DNA from: Felis catus
Lineage: Eukaryota
Direction of reading: 5' to 3'
Length of the DNA: 64,000 nt
Assembly (NCBI RefSeq): GCF_018350175.1
Contig: NC_058368.1
Coordinates: 100,752,001-100,816,000 of the forward strand
Part shown: piece after piece, positions 37,688-50,124 of the stretch
Position numbering within the stretch: position 1 is the stretch's first letter
Layout of the letters: every line of letters starts with the position of its first letter
The notes under the pieces: generated by a model
Seen by the model: the letters and a program-made list of their open reading frames with translations, nothing else
Databases searched by the model: none
What the model was told of the DNA's origin: nothing
Made by a program: the position numbers and the translations under genes

Positions 37688-40600
37688 TTTTTTTAAATAG
37701 ACTTTATTTGCTACAACAGTTTTAAGATCATAACAAAATGGAGTGGAAGGTACAGAGGTTCCCCATATACTGCCCCTACACATGCATTATTCCTCATTGT
37801 CTGCATCCCCAACCACAGTGGTGTGGTATGGTATGTTTGTTAGAATAGCGGAGTCTGCATTGTGGCATGGTAATCACCTAAAGTTTATAGTTGATGGTGT
37901 TTTACATGTTGTGGGTTTAGACAAGTGTGTAATGACACGATATGTATCCACCCTAATAGGGTCGTGTAGTTTAACTGTCCACAAATCCTGTGTACTCTGC
38001 CTCTTCATCCTTCCTTCCCTCCTAACCTCCTGTCTTTATAGTTTTGCATTTTCCAGAGTATTCCATAGTTGGGATGATAGGATATATAATCTTTTTAGAC
38101 TGGATTCTTTCACTTAGTAATATGCATTTAAGTTTTCTCTGTGTCTTTTCATGGCTAGATAGCTCATTTCCTTTTAGTGCTGAATAACATTCCATTGACT
38201 GGAAGGAAGCACCAGTTTACTTAACCCTTTAACCTCCTGAAGGACATCTTGATTGCTTCCAAATTTTGACAGTTATGAATAAAAACTACTCTAAACATCA
38301 TATGCTGTGTTTTTTGTGGACATAAGTTTCCAGGTCCTCTGGATAAATACTAAAGAAAGCAATTGCTGGACTGTATGATAAGAATATGTTTAGTTTTGTG
38401 AGAAACTGCCAAACTGTCTTCCAAAGTGGCTGGACCATTTTACAGTCCCACCAGCAGTGAGTGTGAGAGTTCCTGTTGCTCCACACCATTGCCAGTATTT
38501 GGTGTTGTCAGAGTTACAGATTTTTGACCACTCTAATAAGTGTTTACATATACCAGCATGAGGCATAGTGGTATCTCATTGTTGTTTTAATTTGCATTTT
38601 CCTGATGATATGTGATTTGGGACATCTTTTCATATGCCTGTTTGTTAGATGCATATTTGGTAAGGTGTCTGTTAAGGTTTTGTCCCACTTTTAAATTGGG
38701 TTGACCATTGTCTTATTGTTAAGTTTTCATACTCCTTTGTGTATTTTGGATAGCAGTACTTTATCAGATATGTCTTGCAAATTTTTCTCCCAGTCTGTGG
38801 CTTGTTTTTTATCCTCTTGACAGTATCTTGCAAAGGAGGTTTTAATTTAAGATTTTTTAGTGTTTATTTTTGGAGAGAGAGAGAGTGAGAGAGCATGGGC
38901 GCACATGAACAGGGGAAGGACAGAGAGAGAGGGAGACACAGAATCCAAATCAGGCTCCAGGCTCCTAGCTTTCAGCACAGAGCCTGACTTGAACTCATGA
39001 ACTTGAACAGAGCCTCATGAACTCATGAACCGTGAGGTCCTGACCTGAGCCAAAGTTGGTTGCTTAACCGACTGAGCCACCCAGGTGCCCCTAGTTTAAT
39101 TTTTTAAAGTTTATTTATTTTGAGAGAGAGAGAGCATGAGCAGGGGAGGGGAGACAGAATCCCAAGCAGGCTTCGTGCTGTTAGCGCAGAGCCTGACGGG
39201 GGGGGGGGGGGCTCAATCTCACGGGACAGTGAGATCATGACCTCTCAGTGGAAATGAAGTATCAGATGCTTAACTGACTGAGCCACCCAGTTGCCCTAAA
39301 GGAAGTTTTAATTTTAATGAAGTTTGTCTTATCCATTCTTTCTTTTGTAAATTTTATCTATGTATGTATTTATTTATTTATATAGGCTTTATGCCCAGTG
39401 CAGAGCCTAATGCAGGGCTTGAACTCAGGACTCTGAGATCAAAGCCTGAGTTGAGATCACTCAACCAACTGAGCCGCCTGTCTTATCAATTCTTTCTTTA
39501 ATGGCATATGCCTTTAAAGGCTTATGCCTTTTGTTATTGTATCTAAAAACTCACTGCCAAAACCAAGATCGCCTAGATTTTCTCCTGTTACCTTCTAGGA
39601 ATTTTATACTTTTGTGCTTTACAATTAGGTATATGACTCATTTTGAGTTGACTTTTGTGTAGGGTGTAAGGCCTATGTGTAGATTCATATTTTTACATAT
39701 GAATGTTTAGTTATGCCAACACTATATGTTGAAGAAACTATTTTTTTTCTCTCTTGCATTACCTTTGTTCCTTCGTCAAAGATCAGTTGGCTGTATATAT
39801 GTGGATCTATTTTGGGACTTTTCTGTTTCATTCATCTCTTCTTCCATCAATATCTCATTGTGTTGAGTACAATAAGCTCAAAGTCAGGTAGCTTCAGTCC
39901 TCCAATTTTGTTCTTCTTCAGTATTTTTTTTAGCTATTCTGGGTCTTTTGTCTCTCTATATAAACTTTAGTATCATTTTACTGATAATCCACAAAGTAAC
40001 CTGCTGGAAATTTGACTGGGATTGCATCAAATTTATATGTCAAGTTGGGAAGAACTGACATCTTGAAATTATTTAGTGTTCCTATTCATGAATATGGAAT
40101 GTCTCCATTTATATAACTCTTTGATTTCATTCATCATAGTTTTGGAGTTTTCCTCATATAGGTCTTGTACATATTTTATTAGATTTATACATAAGTTTTG
40201 GGTGGGTGCTAATGTAAATAGTATTGTTTTTATTTTATTTTTTTAATATTTATTTTGAGAGAAAGTATGTTTGTGAGTGGAGGAGGGGGGAGAGAGAGAA
40301 TCCCAAGTGGGCTGTGTACCGTCAGGGCAGAATCCAGTGTGGGGCTTGATCTCACATACCATGAGATCATGACCTGAGCTGAAACCAAGAGTCAGACATT
40401 TAACTAACTGAGCCACCCAGGCTTAGTAGTATTGTTCTTTTCCTTTCCTTTCCTTTCCTTTCCTTTCCTTTCCTTTCCTTTCCTTTCCTTTCCTTTCCTT
40501 TCCTTTCCTTTCCCTTCCCTTCCCTTCCCTTCCCTTCCCTTCCCTTCCCTTCCCTTCCCTTCCCTTCCCTTCCCTTCCCTTCCCTCCTTTTCTTTTTCTT

Positions 40601-41430
40601 TTCTTTTCTTTTCTCTTTTCTTTTCTTTTCTTTTCTTTTCTTTTCTTTTCTTTTCTTTTCTTTTCTTTTCTTTTCTCTCTTTTTTTATGTTTTACTTATT
40701 TATTTTGAGAGAGAAAGAGAGCATATGAGCCCAGTAGGAACAGAGAGAGGAGAGAGAATCCTAAGTGGGCTCTGTACTATCAGCGCAGAGCCTGACATGG
40801 GGCTTAAACTCGTGAGAACCGTGAGATCATGACCTGAGCCAAAATCAAAAGACGCTTAACCGACTGAGCCACCCAGACACCCCTCAGTAGTATTGTTCTT
40901 AACTTCAAATTCAGTTTGTTCATTGATGCTATTTAGGAAAGTGATTCAATTTTTTGTACTAACCTTGTATGCTGCAAGTTTGCTATAATTGCTTATTAGT
41001 TCTGGAAAGTTTTGTCTTTTGGATTTCCTATTTAGATGTTTATGTCATCTGTGAACAAAGACAATTTTATTTTTTCCTTATCAATTTGTATACCTTTCAT
41101 TTCCTTTTCTTGTTTTATTGCATTAGCAGGGACTTAAAGTACAATGTTGAAAAACAGTGGTAAAAGGTGACATCCTTGTCTTATTACTGATCTTTGTGGG
41201 AAAGCTTTTAGTTTCCCACCATTAAGTTTGATGTAGGGGCTGCCTGGCTGGCTCAGTGAGTAGAGCCTGTGACTCTTGTTCTTGGGATTTTGAGTTCAAG
41301 CCCCACGATGGGTGTGGATCTTACTTCAAAATATTTTGATGTATGTTTTTTGTAGCTGTTCTTTCTCAACGTGAATAAGTTCCCTGTGGTTTTAGTTTGT
41401 TGTGAGTTTTTATCATAAATGGTTGTTGGA
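37688..41430 (-). mobile_element. L1 (L1M) 3' region carrying multiple SINE insertions (38852-39092, 39100-39296, 39360-39480, 40229-40422, 40676-40883, 41236-41330)
   Basis: Continuous L1 3' UTR/ORF2 motifs on - strand between SINE bodies. Confidence 0.85.
40441..40676. repeat. Compound pentanucleotide repeat (TCCTT)14(TCCCT)15(TTTTC)~17
   Basis: Direct count; lies inside SINE TSD AGTAGTATTGTTCTT. Confidence 0.97.
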
Positions 41431-42015
41431 ACTACTCTGCTACATTTTTATGTAGGTGTGATTTAAGCTATTTCAAAATGTTCAGTATTGTAGGTAATCT
41501 CATTGACAAACTTGTGGCCACTTCTGAGGCATATTTATAATTGTTTTCTTAGAATTCATTTAACAACAACAACAACAAAAAAGAACTCAGTTAACAGTCA
41601 TTGAGCACAGCCAGGAATTGAGTGAAAAAGTAGTAAACAAAAGAAGATAGTCATAATCTATAAACAGTTAATAATTATAATGTGGTAAGAGAAATTATGA
41701 TAGCAGAAGTAGATATTCTGTAGGAGCATATAGTCCATTAACCTAATCAGACTTAGCTAGAGATGAGGTTGAGATTGCCAAGAACATCTTCCAAAAGAAA
41801 AATGTATAAGCTTAGTTGTTTTTAAATTCCTTCAAGTAAAATTGGTAAGGTAAATGGAGGCCCACCTGTGTGAGAGTTTGAGGCTGTAAGAATGAGTTCC
41901 TGAGGGAAAAGAGAGCCTCCCCTTTAAATTCAGTAAATAATTGAAACTGATTTTGAAAGCTGTAAAGAAATGTCCTTATGCCATAGGGGATAGTTTACTT
42001 AAAAATCTAATGAGA

Positions 42016-42140
42016 GGGGCACCTGAGTGGTTCATGTGACTGAGTGTCCAACTCTTGATTTTGCCTCAGGTCATGATCTCACCCTTTCAAGGGATCAAGG
42101 CCCGCATCAGGCTCTGCTGACAGGGTGTAGCCTCCTTGGG

Positions 42141-42195
<55 letters not shown>

Positions 42196-42236
42196 CCCTC
42201 CTGCTTGCTCTTCGTCTCAAAATAAAAAAATAAACA
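42016..42236 (+). mobile_element. Can-SINE with long (TC)n
   Basis: SINE body; (TC)~23. Confidence 0.88.
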
Positions 42237-42249
42237 TTTTTTAAAAAGA

Positions 42250-43040
42250 ACTACAAGTCACTAAGAAAAACAGCAAAATGGGCAAAATATTTGGAGACTT
42301 CACAAAAGAGGATATTCAAATGGCCATTTAACATGTGAAAAATTGCTGAATGTCATTATTCCTCAGGAAAATGCAAATTCAAACCACAATAAGATACTCT
42401 TTATGTTGCCATAATAGTTAACATGGAAAATGATGGAATATATCAAAATGTTGAAAAGGATGTGGAGCAATTGATATTTTCATGTGCTGCTGGTGGGAGT
42501 GTAAATTGTGTAACCACTTTGGAAGATTGTTTAATGATATCTTCTAAATCAGGACATTCACCTACCATGTGGTATAACTATTCTACTCATACATACAAAG
42601 CAGAAATTCAATCCCATGTTTGTTAAAACATACATACACTGGAGGTTTATACAGGATTATTGATGGTAGTACGAAAGTGAAGACTATCCACATGTCCCAT
42701 CGGTAATAGAATGGATCAATTGAGGTATATTTACACAATGGAATGTTTTGCAGCAGCAAGAATGAGTAATCTGTTACTATGGAAGTATCTTGAATACATA
42801 ATATTAAAAGAAAACAAAACGCTAAAGAATATATTCTCTATGGTTCCAGTTTTATGAAGAACAGCAACAGTGGAAACTAATCCATGCTGGTTGAAGCTTG
42901 GGGGTGTGGAGAGTAAAGAATGGAAGTAGAGCTTCTGGGGTTCTCTTTCTTGATCCTGTGCTGGTTACACAAGTGTGTTCGGTTTGTGAAAATATCTAGT
43001 GCACTTTTGACATACACACTTTTTATGTGATGACTTTAAA
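42250..43040 (+). mobile_element. Old L1 3' fragment (sense)
   Basis: 'cttcacaaaagaggatattcaaatggcc..gaaaatgcaaattcaaaccacaat..gctggtgggagtgtaaattg'. Confidence 0.8.
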
Positions 43041-43633
43041 AAGGAGTATTGGTTTTAACTGTTAGGAAAAAGCTACAATAAAGCTAAAACCTTCACAGTC
43101 TAGATTCTGTTTTGGTGGTCCTTGTACTTTAAGGTTAAGAAGTTCAAAAACAGTCCCTATGCTCATTTGAGATGTAAATGTTTGGGAAGAGAGCTTATTT
43201 TTCGTTTGAAACCATAGAATTTTAGAATAATTTTACTCTTAATTCAACTAATACTAAACCTTTCTCTTGCGTTAAAGGAATGCTTTGAACTTTTTATTCT
43301 TGCAACATGTTTTCAGGATCTGATTTTTGCTCTTATATAATATTATATGTGACTGTAAAGTATTTTTTGTTAATTATAAGTCAACATGATAAATTAGTAT
43401 CTCTAAAAGGATGATCAAAAAAGATTTTTAAAAAAATCTTAAATGAGTTTTTGTTAAGGAAAATGAATAAAAATGTGTTTTTGGTTCATTCTTACTCTCA
43501 GAGGAGGTAGGATAAATAGCTGTTCTTGTTCTTCACTTTTTATCAAGAGAATGTTCTATTTCTATAATGTATAGAGTCATAATTATAACAGCTAAACATG
43601 CTAATTTATTCTCTATTGTTATTTTTTTAACAG

Positions 43634-43751
43634 TCAAGTCCATCATCTCCAGAACCAGCTAGTCTTCCTGCAGAAGATGTTAGTACAAACTCCAATGGTC
43701 GGAAGCCTGCAGAGGTTGTGCTAGATGATGACAGGGAAGATCTTTTTGCAG
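43634..43751 (+). CDS. SNX2: SNX2 coding exon 2 (SSPSSPEPASLPAEDVSTNSNGRKPAEVVLDDDREDLFA)
   Basis: Acceptor ttttttaacag|TCA, donor GCAG|gtaatt; 118 nt; continues exon 1 frame. Confidence 0.96.
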
Positions 43752-44627
43752 GTAATTATAAATATTTTTATTTTTTTAGTAACAGTCAATTGTAGCATAT
43801 ATCCTGTTACATGATACTCTGTAACGCAAAACTGAGATTTCGTGTAAGGTATTAGTGGTAGCTCTTCTTGTTAACACCTTGGAAAGATAGGAAATTTCCA
43901 GTTAGTTCCAGTTAGATCGCTTTGTGAAAAATACAGACTGTTGAGAGAAGCAAACATGTGATCCTTTCTTGTTTGAAGCATTTGAAAGTAAATCACATAT
44001 TATAATTTTATGTTTTGACTCAAAAAACTAATGATTGTGGCATTCATACTTTGACAAATAGCAGTAATTGTCGTCTTTATTACTTACAGGTTAACACAAG
44101 CAAAATTAAACTCGATTTTAAAATTATTTCAAATATGTTTGTTTCAATAAAATAGTATTTACCATAGTTCTGTTTTGATTCACTTGTGGATGAGTAAATT
44201 GTTGGTTGTGGTATTTATTTTTGATATGGGGGCAGGATTTGGTGTGGTCCTGCCTTTAAAATAATTGGATTCTTGGGGCACCTGGCTGGCTCAGTTGGAG
44301 CCATATGACTCTTTATCTTGGGGTTGGGTGTAGAAATGACTTAAAAATAAAATCTTAAAAAATTGGACTCTCTTCAAAACAGTTACCTGCTTTAACATTA
44401 AAACTTAGGCAAAAGTTAATGCTTGGATATTAAAAGGCAGAATCTGTTTAAGATTAATGACAAAAAAAATTAAAGTAGTAGATCTTTGTTTAACGGCTTG
44501 ATTTACCTGAACTGGTTTTCATTGAGTTAAAATTTAACAACATGTCCTCAGCTTTAACAGTAGTTGCATATTTGAGCCATTCTGTATTTTTTACATCAAT
44601 GTCTTTGAAGATAAAATTTTATGTCTT

Positions 44628-44823
44628 GGGACACCTGGATGGCTCAGTTGGTTAACTGTCCACATTCAGCTCAGGCTGTGATCTCATGGTTTGTGAGTTT
44701 GAGCCAACTGGAGCCTGCTTTGGGTTCTGTGTCTCCCTCTCTCTGACCCTCCCCTCCTTGCAAGCGCATGCGTGTTCTCTCTCTCTCTCTGTCAAAAAAA
44801 ATAATAATAAACATAAAAAAAAA
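44628..44823 (+). mobile_element. Can-SINE (internally deleted)
   Basis: SINE head and tail present, middle missing. Confidence 0.85.
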
Positions 44824-45166
44824 CCACTTCTCCATCTCAAAGGTCCATATACATTCCTTCTTGATTAGTTTTATGAAAAATTTTTACTACAGATGAATTC
44901 GTGTATTTTAACATGTCAGAACATTTAAAATACCATACCAAATACCAATAATATTTCCCATTTATTTATTCACTTATTTAGTAGCTACCTAACAACTTAT
45001 AGTAAAATGACAGTTAACCAAAGTCATAATATTTCTTTTTGTTTTCTTTTACAGACTTTTTCCCAGGCATCCTTTAAAGTTTTTTCATGGCATTTATGTT
45101 TTAAAATAAAAGACATGAGTCCTTTCTCTTCTAAGTGGGTACTAATTTAAAGTATGTATTTTCCTA

Positions 45167-45405
45167 GGGCGCCTGGGTGGCTCAGTCGGTTAAGCTTCCC
45201 ACCTTTGCCTCAGGTCATGATCTTGAGGTCCCTAAGTTCAAGCCCTGTGTCAGGCTCTGTGCTGACAGCTCAGAGCCTGGAACCTGCTTAGAGTTCTATG
45301 TCTCCCTCCCTCTCTCTGCCCCTCCCCTGCTCACACTCTGTCTCTCTCTCTCTGTCTTAAAAATAGAGAAATATTAAAAAACATTTAATAAAGATTAAAA
45401 AAAAA
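45167..45405 (+). mobile_element. Can-SINE
   Basis: Full body. Confidence 0.9.
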
Positions 45406-45787
45406 ACCTGGCACACCCCAAATATTTTTTAAAAATAAAAAAATAAAGTGTGTATTCCCCCAATAGAGGGTTTTACATGGAAGTTTTGGATTATCTGTTT
45501 TATAAAGGACCCTTTCACCTTGAAGTCTCAAAACTCATACGTAAAGAATATGCTGAAAGTTCTAACGCCAGAACTATGTGAGGGTTTTTTGGTTTTTTTT
45601 TTTTTTTTTTTTTTTTTAACCAGTATCCACAACTGATCAGTTTCCAGATGAGGAGTATACGTTGATATTTGCCCACTTAGCTTAATTAGAAAAATCTTTT
45701 TTGTGTTCTGCTCTACCTAGCAATCTATACTAAATATTGTGATTCATTGATGGTCAGTGTTAGTGTTTGTTTTAAAAAAACAGAGAG

Positions 45788-45926
45788 AGGCGTCTGGGGG
45801 GCTCAATCAGTTGAATGTTCAACTTTGGCTCAGATCATAATCTCACAGTTCATGGGTTTGAGCCCTGTTTCCGCCTCTGCTCCGACAACACAGAGCCTGT
45901 CTCCCTGTATCGCTGCCCCTCCCTGA

Positions 45927-45973
<47 letters not shown>

Positions 45974-46182
45974 AGAACATAAACACTTTGTTAAGAATTT
46001 TTTAAATGTTTTTTAAATGTTTAAAAATGTTTATTTTTTTTTAGAGACAGTGTGTGAGCAAGGGAGGGGCAGAGAGAGAGAGAGGGAGACATAGAATCCA
46101 AAGCAGGCTCCAGTCTCTGAGGTGTCAGCCCAGAGCCTGACGCGGGGCTCGAACTTAATCTACTGAGCCATCCAGACACTCC
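45788..46182. mobile_element. Tail-to-tail pair of diverged Can-SINEs (45788-45985 +, 46025-46182 -)
   Basis: Two SINE bodies in opposite orientation. Confidence 0.85.
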
Positions 46183-48874
46183 TAATCTGATCATTTTTAT
46201 GTGAAAGGATTAATACTATCTATACACTTCTGTCTTAATGCCTTTAAGCAGGTGTGGTTCTTAGAACCATAACAGAGAGGAGCCTGTGTTATCAGGGTGA
46301 TGAAAACTATTGTTCATTACTAAAAGAACATGTACTTAGTTTATTTCCCCTACATCAGGGAGAGAATATAAATATTGCTCTAGTGATCTAGACATTTTGA
46401 TTTTAAAACCATGAAAAGATTAGATACTATAGGTACTCTGCTAAGATGTTTTGGGGAGCATTTCAGGTACTATTATGTCAGGGGTGGTACCAGAAAAAGG
46501 TTGTAAGTGTGACATGTTACTGTTGCTAGTTTACTTGGAGAGCATTCACCAAATGTGGTTGACTATAAGCCCCTCCACCATTTGTTACATCCTTCAGACT
46601 GAGCTTCACTGCACATACTTCAAGACATTGTCGTAGAGGAATAACTGAGGGTGAGCAAATTACCTGTGTTGAAATTGTGCTATACTTTTAAATCTTGTTT
46701 CTGCCAGGGTCGTTAGCTTATTTCATTTATGACACCAATTGTAAGTTTAATGAGTATTCCTTTGTTTAAAAAATTCTCTGGTATCTATGATACGAATGAA
46801 ATTACTTCTCTGACATTGACATAATCAATCTATATTTGTCCTCAAAGTATCTCTTCCAAGGAGAAGTCAATCTTTATGCTTAAAACCTGTGGGGCATCTC
46901 CGCAGGTTTAAATTAAGTTCTGGTTTAAATTAAGTTATGTGAATTTGTTGGAGTAAAGTCATGAGAAGACTAAAGCAGACTGACTATATGGTAGTTAATG
47001 TGCTAAGTCTAATCTCTTTCTTTCTGTATCCATTTTCCTTCTCCGTATCAGCTACTTAAGTAGATCATAGTTAGCTTTTCTTATTTTGAGGTTACCTACT
47101 ATTTATGAAACAGCTACTCAGAGTCCTTGCAAAGAACACAGAATCTGGTATCAGTGAAGTAAACTGTGATTGAAAAATTAAAGTTACTGTATCTGTCCTC
47201 ATACATCAATAAAGTTTATATGCCTTTCCCTTTTTTTGTCTCTGGATTTGTTGCGCGTAGCAGTACCTCTTTCAGAGAATTTTAGATTTCTTTTTATTTA
47301 TCTCTTTTGTTTGCTGCTTGCTGTTTGGCTTGTCTGTAGATTATGGATCTCACACCGCCTACCTATGCTACACTGCTTTCTTACTTTCTTTTATTGCTCA
47401 TTGGTTTCATTTCTTAGAAAATGAATAAATACTAGCAGTGTTAACAGCCTGAAGCCGCGTGTAAGCTTTTAGTCGTTCTATCAGGGTCATTTATTGTCTG
47501 TGTATTTTACATCTACAGTCTATCTTCCTTCCTCTGGTTAGTATGATTTTGGTTATTCTTTTTAATTTAAAAATATCAAGAGAGCTGAGTCAGTGAGGGT
47601 CTCATCAACATGAGAAAACCAGTAAGAATAGATTGATAAAATGTTGACCTGTTTACCCTGTTCACATTTAAATGTAAATCTTAACAACATTATTTACCGT
47701 ATTTCAGGATCACTGACTGCCATTTCTACCTTCCCAAACTTCTGGGAATCTAAGAACCTCAGGTTAGAAACTGCTGGTCTGATTCTGTTCCCCTTACAGC
47801 CCTGCCTTCTTCTCCTGTTATCAATTCTCTATAATCCCACCGAACTGTGGTTTTCATTATGGCCACTGAATGTAATTTTCATTTTTCTGGTTTTGCTTTT
47901 TCTTTATGCTGTTGTTTCATTTTCCTAGATTTCTTCGCCCATTTTTTCTCTTTGCATCCAGATCAGTTTCATAAACTGCTGCTGATTTTCCCCACCCTAA
48001 CGTGTTGTCTCATCTCAAATAGTAGTGTTTGTTCTGTAGTTCATAACCAGTTAAATGTCTTTCTTGTAACATTCTTTTTTATTGTTCTCTTGCCTATTAT
48101 TTGTCTTTTATTATTATTTAACATTCCACATGCTTGTGTCTTGTTTTCCCAACTAGATTATAAACTCCCTGAGGGCAGGTATGATACTTTACATTTCTTT
48201 GTGTTTATCCATTGCATTTAGCACAGTGTTACCTAGTTTGTAGACAGTTTATTGATTTGATTTGGTTTTAATTATGTTTAATTTTAGATTTTTTCAAGTG
48301 AATGAGCATTTTAAATTAAAACCTAAACAGCTGTTTGCTTTGTGTCATATTTGTGTATTCAACTAATATCCAGTAATCTTTAGCAGTTAATTGCTTTAGA
48401 TCACTAACTTTGTGGATTTTCCATAACGGATTTTTAATCCCATTTGGGATATTTCTGGGCAGTCTGTTACCATGAAATTTTTGTTTGTAAAGTAATCATA
48501 ATGTTAGTTTGAATAAAAGATTTTGAAAGGTAAGTTACCCCAAGTATAAGATGTATGATAAACCCAAACATAAATGAATGTGGAATTATCCACATCATTG
48601 CTTTCCTTCTAGCTTTATTCTTACCACTAGTTTAGATAATTAAGCTGACCTACTTTAATTCTTCCTGAAATCAACACAGTCACTATTGGTTTTAAAGTTT
48701 TGATAAACATTTAAGGAATGATTCATTAAATTATAACAACCATTTTTAAATGCCATTATTTTGATATTTGTGAGTAGTATAAAACTATTTTTCATGACTC
48801 ATTAACTGCAATGTAGACTGCAGGGGTTTGTTATCACTGTCCTTAAGTAAGTAACTTGTTTCATTTGTATCTAG

Positions 48875-49038
48875 AAGCCACAGAAGAAGTTTCTCTGGAT
48901 AGTCCAGAAAGGGAACCTATCCTCTCCTCAGAGCCTTCTCCTGCAGTTACACCTGTGACCCCTACTACACTCATTGCTCCCAGAATGGAATCAAAGAGTA
49001 TATCTGCTCCTGTGATCTTTGATAGATCCAGGGAGGAG
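48875..49038 (+). CDS. SNX2: SNX2 coding exon 3 (EATEEVSLDSPEREPILSSEPSPAVTPVTPTTLIAPRMESKSISAPVIFDRSREE)
   Basis: Acceptor tgtatctag|AAG, donor GAG|gtatgg; 164 nt; phase-compatible with exon 2. Confidence 0.96.
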
Positions 49039-49557
49039 GTATGGGAAAATGTTTCTGTTCTAGATTGAAATGTAAATAGTAAGCTTCTTGTTCCCTGCCC
49101 AGCATCACTCTCTTGTGAGGCGTCTCTAATCAAAGCCATTTCAACATTTGGGGAAAAACGTATTGGACTAAAGAAGTCAACTGATGTGGCTTCTAATCTT
49201 ATCCTCATCACTTTTTAACCCAATGACTTGGGCACATTACTTTCCTTCTTAAGGATTTTGTCATTTGTGATCTCACGATGGTAATGTGTGACTCAGGGTT
49301 TCTTTGTTGGTCAAATGAGAAAATGTTTGAAAGTGTTTTGAAAACTTTAATAAAGTGATCTTTTGAGTAATTTTATTTGATGAATCCTGCAGTAAATGTT
49401 AGTGGTTATGTTGGCAGGGTGCAGAGTGGGTTGTGAGTGGAAAGGAAGCACAAGAGGGCCTACAGGCGTGTAAGGGTGGTGTTTGTGGAAGTTTCTGAGC
49501 TATTTTTTTAGGGTTTCTGATTTATATACTTGACCTTACAATTCAAATAAGGTTTAG

Positions 49558-49801
49558 GTTTTTTTTGGTTTTTTTTGTTTTTTTTTAATTTTTTTTTTCA
49601 ACTTTTATTTATTTTTGGGACAGAGAGAGAGAAAGCATGAACGGGGGAGGGGCAGAGAGAGAGGGAGACACAGAATCGGAAGCAGGCTCCAGGCTCTGAG
49701 CCATCAGCCCAGAGCCCAACGCGGGGCTCGAACTCACGGACCGCGAGATCGTGACCTGGCTGAAGTCGGACGCTTAACCGACTGCGCCACCCAGGCGCCC
49801 C
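49558..49801 (-). mobile_element. Young felid SINE (SINEC_Fc)
   Basis: CpGs largely intact; perfect TSD TCAAATAAGGTTTAG (49543-49557, 49802-49816). Confidence 0.95.
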
Positions 49802-49886
49802 TCAAATAAGGTTTAGTTTTTTAAAAATCTGTACAAGAAGACAACTTTGGGGAAAAAAAGGGTTATGGTTAGAAAAACTAACTTTC

Positions 49887-50051
49887 GGGGCGCCTGGGTG
49901 GCGCAGTCGGTTAAGCGTCCGACTTCAGCCAGGTCACGATCTCGCGGTCCGGGAGTTCGAGCCCCGCGTCGGGCTCTGGGCTGATGGCTCAGAGCCTGGA
50001 GCCTGCTTCCGATTCTGTGTCTCCCTCTCTCTCTGCCCCTCCCCCGTTCAT

Positions 50052-50097
<46 letters not shown>

Positions 50098-50124
50098 CCA
50101 AAAATAAAAAAAAAAAACAAAACG
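49887..50124 (+). mobile_element. Young felid SINE (SINEC_Fc)
   Basis: CpGs intact; perfect TSD TAGAAAAACTAACTTT (49870-49885, 50125-50140). Confidence 0.95.

Noticed and set aside
40432..40728. 98-aa F/P/S/L-rich ORF
   Set aside because: Translation of the pentanucleotide microsatellite
48861..49211. 116-aa antisense ORF over exon 3
   Set aside because: Shadow ORF opposite real coding sequence with no independent support
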